From NCBI RefSeq assembly GCF_009914755.1, contig NC_060925.1: DNA of 64,000 bases; one strand, given 5' to 3'. The DNA comes from the human T2T-CHM13v2.0 reference genome, Homo sapiens. The notes below the pieces were generated by a model. It did no database searches. It was given only the letters and a program-made list of their open reading frames with translations, and had not been told where the DNA came from. Below are positions 1 to 19,235 of this stretch, piece by piece. The translations under genes and the position numbers were made by a program. Position 1 is the first letter of the stretch; every line of letters begins with the position of its first letter.

Positions 1-54
1 TTTTACTGTTTTGTTTAATTCATTTATAGTCTAACTGTAGAATGCTGGGAAAAT

Positions 55-200
55 TAATCTACTTCTTTGCCTCAGTTTCCTCATTTGTAAAAATGGGAAT
101 AATAGTACCTATTTCATACCTATTTATATTTATACATAAATAAAACAGTATCCAGTGCAAAGTGGCCATTTTGTAAGTGTTAGCTAATACAATAATTATT
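55..200 (+). mobile_element. MIR fragment
   Basis: MIR core gcctcagtttcctcatttgtaaaatgggaataatagtacct. Confidence 0.75.
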
Positions 201-649
201 ATTGCCCAAAACATGGCCATTTCTCCAACGCAAAAGTGTTTCAGCAATATAGATACAAGATGTTGTGATGTGGGGACTTAAAATATTGACCTATGGTCTT
301 TACCTAATAGCTCTAAACTCCTGATTCTCTTGATAAAACAACAACAAATCCCCCAAACAAACCAATCATAAAAACTCTAACATACTTCGTTATAAGAAAA
401 AGAGATAGAAAACTAATACTTAAGGAATATTTTCTATGTGCTTATACTATCCAATTTCCACTTCAAAACGAGTCTATAAAGCTGGCATTATCACTGTATT
501 TTATTTAATCTAAGATATCCTCAATTATAAGAAGCACCATTATTTTCTGTAATGTTCAGAAAGAAAAACTAGCCAATTAAATATAATACACTAAGACTCA
601 TACAGATTTCAAAAATATTAAAAACTGAATAAATGTCTGCCTTAGATTT

Positions 650-783
650 GGCCAGGTGCAGTGGCTCATGCCTTTAATTCCAGCACTTTGAAAGGCTGAG
701 GAAGGAGGATCACTTGAGCTCAGGAGTTCAAAACCAGCCTAGACAACATGGTGAGACCCTGTCTCTACAAAAGAAAAAAAAAA
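650..783 (+). mobile_element. FLAM / free left Alu monomer
   Basis: Single Alu left arm ending in an A tail. Confidence 0.85.
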
Positions 784-1014
784 GATTTGATGAAATATAA
801 GTAAATATTTATTTTACAGATTCAAAAACTGAAAAGAGGTGAAGTATCCAATGCCACAGAAGTGGCAGAATTGGGATTCACACCAAGATCCTTTGATATT
901 CCAAAGCCTGTGTTCTATTAAATTACATTATATTACTTCTCCAAGCTATTTTGGAAACCATTATTACATACTGACAATATTCTAAATTAAAATTTTGTCT
1001 GTTTCTTAAGTGTA

Positions 1015-1319
1015 CTTTTTTTTGGGGGGGATGGGGTCTCATTCTGTCACCCAGGCTGGAGTACAGTGGGTGATCTTGGCTCATTCAACTTCTGCTTCCC
1101 AGGCTCAAGGGATCTCCTCCCACCTCAGCCTCCCAAGTAGCTGGGACCACAAGCAAGCACCATCACGCCGGGATAATTTTTTTTTTTTTTTGTATTTTTG
1201 GTAGAGACAGGGTTTTACCATGTCACCCATGCTGGTCTTTAACTCCTGGGCTCAAGCGATCTACCCACCTCAGCCTCCCTAAGTGCTGAGATTACAGGTG
1301 TGAGCCACCACACCCAGCC
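1015..1319 (-). mobile_element. AluJ
   Basis: Full dimer; TSD cttaagtgtactttt on both sides. Confidence 0.9.
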
Positions 1320-1737
1320 TTAAGTGTACTTTTAAAATGTTTACATAAAGTACTCCATTAGTTCAAAGAGAAAACTTTAAACATTTTTGAAGCAAAATTA
1401 TTCTGATAAATTATGCATAATTTAGTTGCTAGATTAATACTATCATTCTAAACCCTTAAAAGAGGAACACTTTTCTGATAATCCTTTTGAAATACTAAAT
1501 TTTTTCCTGAAACATGAATAGCTATTCATTTCAAGTAGAAAAGTAAGAATATTGGTTTCATCTCATCTACCATTTGTCACAGCATTAAAAAGAAAACTTT
1601 ACCATGAAAATATTGTTGGTTGCTACTTATAACAGTAATATTTATAAAATTTTTCAAGAAAGGGGAACTCCATAAATGTATGTTTTTAACCTGTTTCTCT
1701 TAAAATTACAAACACACAGCAATATTTTAAAAAATCA

Positions 1738-2094
<357 letters not shown>

Positions 2095-4417
2095 CTAGAA
2101 ATGTTGCATAAATGCTTAAATTAGCATTGGAAAATAATTTTAAATAAAAGCAATGAGAACAGAAATGATATGAACAAGTATTTTATCCAATCCTCCAAAT
2201 TTCAGCCTTTCCTAATATTTTTTGTATATATACTACATACACTAGCTAACACATTTTTTAAAGATTAAAAGACTGAAGAACACTTTTTTTTTAACCAAAC
2301 ACTTTACACCACAGAAATATGAGATAATTTTTACATATAATTAATATGGTCAACAGAACTCCGAAGATTCTCTTATAGTCCACCAAGTAAATGTCATCAC
2401 TTTGTAACAACAAACCAAAAATGGTAAATTGCTTTCTACCACCCCACAATAGAATTTAAGAATAAATATTATATTACTCTTGTCGATTTCTTGGCTTTTG
2501 TCAATTGTCTTGGTTCCAGCACACTTTAAAACTAAGGCGCAATATGTAAGTCATTTGTATTTGTTAGTATTTTTACTCAATTTAACACTGTTTTAAAATG
2601 GCTATCATGGAAAACTACCTTCAGGTTATTATGACTAATTTTCTAGAAATATAACACTGATCAAAATTTAGATTTTCTTTAGAAAATTATCTTGAATATA
2701 GTATTTATCATAGCTGTTCAGAAATTATAACTTTTTTTGGATTTTAAACACCAAAGGAAATCATAAAACATCAAAAGATTCAAATATTTAAACCAGCATT
2801 TCTGTAATAACGTCTCAAAAATAAACAGGAAAAGAAGAAACTGTATTTTAAGCAAGCAAAACAAATGGTTAATATTTCTATAATGTATCCAAATGATCTC
2901 ATGTGTACAAAAAAAAAAATCATTAAGACCCAATGGATAAACAGACCATGATTATAAGTAGGCAACAGTTAGATACTTGAAGTTACCCACGGGTTTAGGG
3001 TTCTACTCACATACACCAATACTTGGGAAAATGCTTAACATCCCTTAATAATTTGCAAAATGCAAATTAAAGCAACAATGAACAATGAATTTTTAACTAG
3101 CTACATTAGAATAAATAAGGCAGTAAAATTACAGTGAAACAGGTACTAATAAGCTAATGGCCCTAATGGCCTTGTAAAATGGTATTAGTCTTTTGGAAAG
3201 TATATGGCAATCCTACCAAGACCCATACAAATATTAAGCACATATTAATTATTTTCACCAATAATATAACTTCTGGATATTATAAGAAAAAGATACAATC
3301 CTTAACTATTGCAACTTGGTATGAGATTCAACAACAATCTTTTTTGTTGGTCATCTTTACCTAAATTTAATGTTCTTAAATTTTTAAGACAGAAACATAG
3401 GTCAGGATAGATTTTTAGATCTCTATCTCCCTTTTCTATTGTTTTCATGAAGTGGTAAAAATTTTGGCCCCTAGGATACTTAGCTCTTGCCCCCTCTGGT
3501 TCTTCTTTTTCCTTTTGTCTTTATTGTCCTTGTTGTCCTACTTGATTTTGATTAAATTCCTAGTAGATTGCTCTTAGTATGAAGCTTTATACTGGAAGAA
3601 AGTTTTGGCTAGTTAATTTTAGAAGCTTAGAGCCCAGGCAGCTCTAGAGAACGTTACCATGAACCTCTTGTACTCAGCCATGAATTGAAGTGCATAAAAA
3701 CCCCTTTTAGCTTTACCTGTTGGCTATTTTAGAAATCTGCCATTCTCAAGATAGTAAGGTACTCATAGGTACTCTACTACTTCCTTCTGCTTCCTTCTAA
3801 AGAGATGCCAATGCCACACAAATCTGTTTTCTTTCATTTTTTTTAAAATATAAATCTGGTAGCTGTTGGTGGTTTGTCCCTATTTTCTCTAATCAACTAA
3901 TTTTGTTACAGATATTGCTCAAGAGCTTTTGATTATGCTATCCTAGTTATTCTGTTAAGGAAGGAGGACTATTCAAAAACTATGCTACAGCCACTACCAT
4001 CTTCCCAGAATTAAAATACCATAAATAATTTTTAATGTAACACATGAATAGGAATACACAAATAAATAGATTAGTATTGCTAAAGTTGGTATGTTTCCAT
4101 TCCATTCTCTTTTCCATTATTTTTGTCTCCATGCAACTATCTTAGTTGCATGATTTCATGAAAGAGAGATTTAGAGACTGACAACACAAGTTCAGTGAAC
4201 ATCAGTTATTTGTAGCTTACCAAAGTATGAATACTATTTCAACATTTTAATAGTTTCCGAAATTGTGAATCCCAACTTCTAAAGCAGAATTCTCAAAATC
4301 TTATTTCTTAGACTTTCTTGAAGCTATGATTCATTATCTACATTCCATAAACTAAATGTGCAAGCAACCCATATGGATACAAAACGGAGCAACATATCAC
4401 TGACCTACAACTCGCAC

Positions 4418-4677
4418 TTTTTTTTTTTTTTTTTGAGACAGAGTCTCACTCTGTCACCCAGGCTGGAGTTCAGTGGTGTGATCTCAGCTCACTGTAACCT
4501 CCACCACAGGTTCAAGTGATTCTCCTGCCTCAGCCTCCTGAGTAGCTGGGATTACAGGTGCCCGCCACCACACCCGGCTAGTTTTTGTATTTTCAGTAGC
4601 GACAAGGTTTCACCATGTTGGCCAGGCTGGTCTTGAACTCCTGACCTCAAGTGATCTGCCCTCCTCGGCCTCCCAAA
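4418..4677 (-). mobile_element. AluS lacking its 5' ~35 nt, fused to L1
   Basis: T tail at 4418; Alu sequence stops at gcctcccaaa. Confidence 0.88.
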
Positions 4678-4939
4678 CCAAACACCGCATGTTCTCACTC
4701 ATAGGTGGGAATTGAACAATGATAACACTTGGACACAGGGTGGGGAACATCACACACCGGGGCCTGTTGTAGGGTGGGGACAGGGGGAGGGATAGCATTA
4801 AGAGAAACACCTAATGCAAATGACAAGTTAATGGGTACAGCAAACCAACATGACACATGTTCACCTATGTAACAAACCTGCACATTGTGCACATGTACCC
4901 TAGAACTTAAATTAAAAAAAAAAAAACTTAAAAAAAAAA
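4675..4939 (+). mobile_element. L1PA 3'UTR fragment with poly(A)
   Basis: aaaccaaacaccgcatgttctcactcataggtggg...catgtaccctagaacttaaa followed by an A tail. Confidence 0.9.
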
Positions 4940-4959
4940 GCATGCTAATCTAATTTCCG

Positions 4960-6030
<1,071 letters not shown>

Positions 6031-6114
6031 TCTGGAGACAGAAAATTAGTCTAAATAACCAATAAATTCATTCTAATAATGAGATTACAAGCTTACAACA
6101 AGAAAGGGAAATGT

Positions 6115-6900
6115 AACTTAAAAAAGATATACAAATGGCCAATGTGTACATTAAAAGGTGGTCAATATCATCAGTCATCAGGGAAATGCAAATTGAAATC
6201 ACAACAAGATACCATTTCAGACCCACTAGGATGGCTACAATCAAAAAGGCAGAAAATAAATCAGAACCCTCATACACTGTTGACAGGACTATAAAATGTT
6301 GTAGCCATTTTAGAAGACAGTCCAATGGTTCTTCAAAGTTAAACACAGAATTACCATTCGATCCAGCAATTCCACTCCTGGATATATATCCATTAGAAAT
6401 AAAGATATATGTACACACAAAAACTTGCACACAAATGTTCACAGCAACATTATTCAAAATAGCCAAAAGGTGGAAAGAACCCAAATGTCCAAAAAAAGAT
6501 GAATGGATAAACAAAATGTGGCATATCCATACAATAGAATACTACTCATCCATAAAAAGGAATGAAGTATTGATACATGCTACAATGTGAAAGAACACCC
6601 TGAAAACATACTAATAAAAAAAGTCAGTCATAAAAGACTAAATGTGATATTCCCCATTTGAAACCAGAATAGGCAAATCTATAGAAACAGAAACTAGATT
6701 AATGGTTGCTTAGGGCTGAGGGAAATGAGGAGACTGAAACTAAGAGCTAAAGGGTATGGAGTTTCTTTTTGAGGGGATGAAAATGTTCTAAGATGAATTG
6801 TAATGATGGTTGTACAACTTCATGAATATGCTAAAAACCACTGAATTGTACACTTAAATGGGAGAACACAGTGGGTGAATTTTAATGTCTCAATTTAAAA
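6115..6900 (+). mobile_element. L1MB/L1M 3' end (ORF2 C-terminus + 3'UTR)
   Basis: ORF 6135-6590 resembles the L1 ORF2 C-terminus (IREMQI..TTRYH, ELPFDPAIPLL, MWHIHT.EYY). Confidence 0.85.
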
Positions 6901-6983
6901 AGCAGAGAAAAATGAAAAAATGTGTTCAGTAAACTACATTTAAAAAAACTAGGAAAGACTATACTTTCAGGGGTCATTTCTAT

Positions 6984-10540
<3,557 letters not shown>

Positions 10541-10978
10541 AAACTAGGAAACTTATTATCACTTTACAAAGACTACCTAAAAGTGAAAAAAAGTTCAGAT
10601 ACTTGAAAAGGTAGGTTTGATTTGCTGAAAAATTCACTCTGTAGAATTCATTCTCCAAATCTGGGGTAAAGAAGGCATTACTTTAATAGGTAATCCCCAA
10701 TCTAGAGCCACTAGATTATGATCTTGTCCTATTACCACAACCATAAAATTGAATTAATTCTAGATTATGCACTTTTTATATACACTTTTTAAAAAATACC
10801 ACCATCTTAGAATTACATTTTTTGAACTGTGGCCAATATGGTCCTAATCCATAAAGGAAATGTATTCATAATTAATTCTTCAGAAATATAATTACAATCA
10901 ATGAACCTTGAAATCTTTTTTATCATCTTTTATTATTGTCAGACTTATTCGAGTCAGTCCTACAAAAGTAAAAAAGGT

Positions 10979-11236
10979 GAGGCCAAGGCGGGCGGATCAC
11001 CTGAGGTCAGGAGTTCAAGACCAGCCGGGCCAACATGGTGAAATCCTGTCCCTACTAAAAATACAAAAAATTAACTGGACGTGGTGACACATGCCTATAG
11101 TCCCAGCTACTCGGGAGGCTGAGGCAGGGGAATCACATGAACCTAGGAGGCGGAGGTTGCAGTGAGCCAAGATTGCACCACTGCTCTACAGCCTAGGCAA
11201 CAGAGCGAGACACCATTTCAAAAAAAAAAAAAAAAA
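10979..11236 (+). mobile_element. AluS, 5'-truncated
   Basis: Starts at gaggccaaggcgggcggatcacc; A tail. Confidence 0.88.
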
Positions 11237-11737
11237 GTGACTTAATTTTATAGTTTTAAATTCTCAAAGTAGACAGATTTAAAAGCCAAACCCTCAAAAA
11301 GTTTCAAAAACTCTCTTTTCATTTTCTAATTCTATATCAAGGAACGGCACAAGTGTCCCCAGGGAAAGAAACTTGGGCAGACAGCAATTGTATGTGACAG
11401 TAGCAATTACATGCAAGGTTGGAGATTAGAAGACCATTAATGTGGGTACAGTAATTGCTCTGGTATTTTATTGAGGATCGGCTCAAAGAGGATCCATAGC
11501 AAACTTCACCTAGGTTGCCATTGGTCAAGGAATTCCACCCTAAGAAAGCACATGAAAAGTGTAAACGTGATAGTTATAGGCACACAGAACATTTCTTTGA
11601 TGAGAGACTGATACATCATGAAACAGCAACAACAAACATGCAATTCTGAAAGGTATTTCCACCTATACTTTCCAACTAGCTATGAAGAATATCAGAAAAA
11701 TTCACACAATGAATGTGACTAAATGTTGATCTTTAAA

Positions 11738-11933
<196 letters not shown>

Positions 11934-12797
11934 TAGAATATTCATCTTTACAAACAAACACATTTTATAACATCACACTATAACAAGTATTTAAAAAACT
12001 ATATTGACTAAAAAGCCTTGCAAACCTAGAAACCGTAGAAAGACAGTAGAAACAGCAAACTTTTCCTATAAACAATAATAGGAAGATGTAAACACATACC
12101 CTTGGCTTCCTCTCCCCAGTATGGCATATCAAAAACTGAAACAAGCCCAGTGTACCTAAAGGAGAGCATGTAGGGGCAAGAGATCCACGGGGCCAAAGGT
12201 GAGAACAGAAATTTACTCAGGCAGTAAAACCTGAACCTTCAAAAGGGTCCAACTGCCTGGTGAAGGTAGATTACCTTAGCAAGCAGAGAGGGGCCACATC
12301 TGCTACATGCTACATATAATTTCTACATATGGTAAATCCTGCTTACTCTGGCAGTCCCAAACTATGCTGGTAGGCTGAACTGTTCTCAATCTCTTTGTTG
12401 CAGACTGACCTACCTTTACTCAGCATTCACCCAGATAGTCCTACGGGGAGAAACGTCTCTCTTACTCCATCTCATCTTGTCTCAGTAGGGATCACCTACA
12501 AGACTAGGAAAAAATTAGATCTCCCTTAACCTGTCAGACCTGAGTTCTGCTCAAAAGACCTCAAAAGCCAGACCTAGTGCTAAGGAATCTTACAATCAAA
12601 GGGCAGAGAAAAATTACAACCATTTAAGGAGAGCAAGAGGCTAACATGAATCAGAATGAGTGGGTTATTTTGAGGGAAGCAAAATTAATAGAAGAAGCCA
12701 GAGAATTTTCACATAATAAAATATAAAGACATATAGGCATACACAAACACTAAATGCATTATTCCAAAAAAGTCTACTGTACCACAAAAATTAACTG

Positions 12798-13130
<333 letters not shown>

Positions 13131-14971
13131 TAATCCTAATATATCTTTCCTACGGCATGGCTCAAAATAGTCCTTCAATAAATAAGCATGATTCAGCAAC
13201 TGGAATGTTTTCAAAAAGACAATGAAAAATATACATAATTGTTAGAACCACTTTCAAAAAGCACACATGCCATATTATGGGGCATAATTTATGTTAAGAA
13301 ATATCCCCAACTTATTTCAGTTCAACTCAACGCAACAGCATAAGTACTTTTAAGAACCTACTGTCTTAAACACTGAGCTCATCACTGTAAAGTATATTAA
13401 TCAAGACACCTGCTACCAAGACATTCAGTATAACCAGGAATTTAGGTATGTTGTCATATAATACAGATAAGAAACAATATAAGACAAATAAGATCAAATA
13501 TTAAAACATTTGCCATAAATAATAAATGTGATTCATTTGCAGAAAGGGAGAAGGTAGTGTGGACTGAAGGCTTCACGGAATAAACAGGAATTAACCAGGG
13601 CTTAAAAAAACAAAAACCATAGGTAGGAACAGTAATAAAGGCATTTCAGAAAACAGCGTGAGTTAAAAAAAGGCATAATAAATCCACCATAGTTGAGGGG
13701 CAATGAAAAGTTATATCAAATGGCAATCAAATTTACAGTGTGTAAAGTTAGAGCTAAGTCTGGATTCATAATATTGGGAAGAGAAGTACATACTACAAAG
13801 GACCTTCAAAGAACTAAAAACTTAGATTTAAATAATGATTCCTAAAAAGTCTGGCATAAAATCTTTGTCATTTTCCTATTAAACTTCATTATTTAAAAAA
13901 AGGCATATGTTCCATTATAAAACTGTTTATCTCCATATGCAGTACAATCACACTTAGAATGTAACAAATTTTTTAAAGGTTTTATTAGAAAGTTTTATTA
14001 GAAGTTTTATTAGAACCTCAAAGTTCTAATAAAAGTAATGATATTTTTTCAAGATCTCAGTAGTGTAAAACACTAAAAATAATTCATATTATAAAGCACT
14101 AAAGTTATTCGTAAGATGCTGAAAATGATAGGTTCATTAGACAATCTGGTAGTCTAACAGATAACTTAAAATATTCCCGTTATTCAAAAGAAATCTCTAA
14201 TATTTTAGTAATTTGGCTCCAGTTCAACTTAATGTTTCTAAATTTGAAACCATGGTCAGTAATTTAACTCTTTTTGCACTTTCTCCATAATTATAATTAC
14301 TGTTCTATTTACTAACATTCCCCCCTAAGTATATCTGACCCGTTTGTTAAAGGTATCCTTGCATAGCAATAGCAGCCCATAAAGCCATAGACTGAAATAT
14401 TCAATTCTAGCATAGCTAAGGAAACTCAGCTCTAATTAGGTCCTGCAACTCACACACACCTAATGAACATCCTGATGAAGATAGGCAAATGATAAAACTG
14501 GGCCTTTGTGACAATTATAGTCCAAGTACAAGGGTCTGTTTACTAGGACAAGGGCTCTCACTAATAGTTGTTAGTACATTTTAAAACATTTTCCCACATT
14601 CATTTTAGTTTATAACCTACACAGTAAAAGGGGTTTGGTAGTCTCTGGCAATCTATGTGAAATGTCAAGTTTCTCAAATTCCATGAAGATAAGAAAAAAT
14701 TAAAGTCAGTTTGTTATTTAATTCATAAATTCATCTTCTAAATTCTATTAAATGAGTGATGCTTATACGGGGAAAAGATTGTTACACATCCAGATATATA
14801 CTCTTAAATTTTACAAAGGGAAAATATCAAACACATATGACCTCAAAAAAACATTTAAAACTGGTAAACTGGTTCCAGCCTGTGGGCTTAGGGGAGTCCG
14901 AACCATTTAGGGATGGAAGCAGTATCCCGGCACAGCACAGCTATTCTACAAAAGCATGACCAGACTGCTTC

Positions 14972-15173
14972 TTTTTTTTTTTTTTTTTTTTTTTTAATTA
15001 TACTTTAAGTTTTAGGGTACATGTGCACAACGTGCAGCTTTGTTACATATGTATACATGTGCCATGTTGGTGTGCTGCACCCATTAACTCATCATTTAAC
15101 ATTAGATATATCTCCTAATGCTATCCCTCCCCCCTCCCCCTACCCCACAGTAGGCCCCGGTGTGTGATGTTCC
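14972..15173 (-). mobile_element. young L1PA 3' end (~200 bp) inserted antisense into the older L1 5'UTR
   Basis: Long T run then attatactttaagttttagggtacatgtgcacaacgtgcag...ccccggtgtgtgatgttcc, splitting host gactgcttct|ttaag. Confidence 0.9.
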
Positions 15174-16956
15174 TTAAGTGGGTCCCCCATCTGTTCCTCT
15201 TCACTGGGTGGGACTTACCAACAGGGGCCTCAAGCCACTCCCACCATTGTTCTCTGCCTGACAGAAGTTTGAAAACTTCCTGGAACAAAGTTCCCGGCGT
15301 AGGGGCAGGCTGCCATCTTTGCTGTTTTAGCAACTTAGCCGTTCCAGCCTCCAGGCTTTGGAGAGCCCAACCCAACAGGTCGCAAAAACGGTACCCCAGC
15401 ACAGCATGGCTGCTCTATGAAAGTGAGGCTAGACTGCTTCTTTAAGCAGGTCCCTGATCCCGTTCCTCCTGGCTGGGCGAGACCTCCCAACCAGGGTCTC
15501 CAGCTACCTCCTACAGGTGCATTCAAGTCAGCAACAAGTCTGTACCCTCCCTGGGATGGAGCTCCCAGAGGAAGGGGCAGGCTGCCATCTTTGCTGTTTC
15601 ACAGCCTTCGCTGGTGATACCTCCAGGTATTGGAAAATCTGAGGCAACTACGGACTGGAGTGGATACCTAGCAAACCACAGCAGCCCTACAAAAAAGTGG
15701 CCAGACTCTTAAAAAACAAAACAACAAAAACCAAAAATCCCATCCACAGGTCAGCAACCTCAAAGATTTAGGTAGTATGCCCACAAAGATAAGAAAGAAT
15801 TAGCACAAAAACACAGAAAACTCAAAAAGCCAGAGGGGCCTCTCTCCTCCAAATGACAACATCGCTGCTCCAGCAAGGGTTCGGACTGTGGCTGAGGCTG
15901 ACATGGCTGAAACAACAGAAACAGACCTCACCACGTGGATAAAAATGAACTCCACTGAGCTAAAGGAGCACATTCTAACTCAGTGCAAGGAAGCTAAAAA
16001 CCATAATAGAACATTGCAGGAGCTGACAAACAAAATATCCAAGATAGGGAAGAACACAACCAACCTGATACAGCTGAAAAACACAATACAAGAATTTAAT
16101 AATACAATTGCAAGTATTAATAGCAGAAGAGACCAAGTGGAGGAAACAATTTTAGAGCTTGAAGACTATGTTTCTGAAATAAGACAAGCAGACAAAAATA
16201 GAGAAAAAAAAGTAAAAAGTAATGAACAAAACCTCTGAGAAATATGGGATTATATAAAAAGACCAAATCTATGACTGACTGGTGTACCCGAAAGAGCTAG
16301 GGAGAAGGGAACCAATTTGGAAAACATATTTCAGGATATCATCCTTGAGAACTTTCCCAACCTTACTAGACAGACCAACACTCAAATTCAGGAAATGCAG
16401 ACAGGAAATGCAGAGAACCCCAGTAAGATACCTCACGAGAAGATCATCTTCAAGACACATAATCATCAGATTTTCCAAGGTTGAAATGACAGAAAAAATG
16501 TTAAAGGCAGCCAGAGAGAAAGGCCAGGTAGTCTACAAAGGGAAGCCCATCACACTAGCAGTAGACCTCTCAATGGAAACCCTGCAAGCCAGAAGAGATT
16601 TGAGGCCAATATTTAACATCTTAAAGAAAACTAATTCCAACCTAGAATTTCATATCCAACCAAACTAAGCTTCATAAGCAAAGGAGAAATAAGATCCTTT
16701 TCAGAAAAGTAAATGCTAAGGGACTTCGTTAGCACCCAACATGCCTTGCAGGAGGTCCTTGCAGGAGCTCCTGAAGGAAGCACTAAATATGAAAAGGAAA
16801 AACCACTACCAGCCACTACAAAAACACACTGAAGTACACAGACCAGTGACACTACGAAGCAACCACATAAACAAGTCTGCAAAATAACCAGGTAGCATCA
16901 TGATGACAGGATCGAATCCACACATAACAATACTAACCTTAAATGTAAATGGGGTA

Positions 16957-17255
<299 letters not shown>

Positions 17256-18565
17256 GTAAATGGGCTAAATGCCTCAATTAAAAGACACAGTGTGGCAAGC
17301 TGGATAAAGAACCAGGACCCATTGGTATGCTGTCTGCAAGAGACTCATCTCACATGCAATGACTCACATAGGCTCAAAATAAAGGGATGGAGGAAAATTT
17401 ACCAGGCAAATAGAAAACAGAAAAGAAAAGGAGTTACAATCTTAAGTTTCCAACAGACTTTAAATCATCAAGATCAAAAAAGATAAAGGGCTTTACATAA
17501 TGTTAAGGGGTTCAATTCAACAAGAAGAGCTAATTATCCTAAATATATATGCACCCAACACAGGAGCACCCAGATTCATAAAGCAAGTTTTTGGAGACCT
17601 TTAAAGAGACTTAGACCCTCACACAATAATATTGGGAGACTTTAACACCCCACTGACAATATTAGATAGATCACTGAGATGAAAAATTAACAAAGAAATT
17701 CAGGACCTGAACTCAGCTCTGGATCAAATGGACCTGATAAGTATCTACAGAACTCTCCATCCCAAAACAACAGAATATGCATTTTTCTCAATGCTACATG
17801 GTACTTACTCTAAAATCGGTCACATAATCAGAAGTAAAACACTCCTCAGCAAATGCTAAACTGAAATCATAGCAAACAGTCTCTCGGACCACAGCACAAT
17901 CAAATTAGAACCCAAGACTAAGAAATTCACTCAAAACCATACAATTACATGGAAATTAAATACCTTGCTCCTGAATAACTTTTGGGTAAATAATGAAATT
18001 AAGGCAGAAATCAAGAAGTTCTTTGAAACTAATGAGAACAAAGATACAATGTACCAGATCTCTAGGACACAGCTAAGGCAGTGTTAAGAGGGAAATTTAT
18101 AGCACTAAAATGCCCACATCAAAAAGTTAGAAAGATCTCAAGTTAACAACCTAACAACTAAAAGAAATAGAGAACCAAGGGCAAACAAATCACAAAGCTA
18201 GCAGAAGTCAAGAAATAACCAAAATCAGAGCTGAACTGAAGGATATAGACATAAAACTCATTCAAAAGATCGATGAATCCAGAAGCTGGTTTTTTGAAAA
18301 AATTAATAAAATAGACTGCTAGCTAGAATAAAAAAGAAAAAAGATTCAAATAAACACAATCAGAAATAATGAGATATTACCACTGACCCCACAGAAATAC
18401 AAATGACCATCAGAGAATATTACAAATACCTCTATGCATATAAACTAAAAACTCTATAAGAAATGGATAAATTCCTGAACACATATACTCTCCCCAGAAT
18501 GAACCAGGAAGAAACTGAATCCCTAAAAAGACGAATAACGAGCTCTGAAGTTGAGGTAGCAATAA

Positions 18566-18676
<111 letters not shown>

Positions 18677-19136
18677 TGAAAAGGAGGGAGTCCTCCCTAA
18701 CTCATTCCATGAGGCCAACATCATCCTGCTACCAAAACCTGGCAGAGACACAACAAAAAAAGAAAATTTCAGGCCAATATCCTCGATGAACATCAGTGCA
18801 AAATCCTCAGCAAAATACTGGCAAACTGAATCCAGCAGCACATCAAAAAGCTTATCCACCATGATCAAGTAGGCTTCATCCCTGGGATGCAAGGTTGGTT
18901 CAACATACGCAAATCAATAAATGTGATTCATCACATAAATAGAACTAAAGAAAAAAACCACATTATCTCAATAGATGCAGAAAAGGATTTCCATAAAACT
19001 CAACATCCCTTCATGTTAAAAACTCTCAATAAACTAGGTGTTGAAGAAACAGACCTCAAAATAGTATGAGCCATCTATGACAAACCCACAGCCAACATTA
19101 TACTAACTGAGCAAAAGCTGGAAGTGCTCCCCTTGA

Positions 19137-19235
<99 letters not shown>

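Noticed and set aside
4130-4152. 10-bp perfect hairpin catgcaacta-tct-tagttgcatg (also 8-9 bp stems at ~22011, ~33142, ~62736)
   Set aside because: Isolated short stems in AT-rich DNA with no supporting context; too short for a pre-miRNA.
11990-12780. Possible ancient L1/HAL1 5' region
   Set aside because: Composition is suggestive but I could not match diagnostic motifs, so it is left unannotated.
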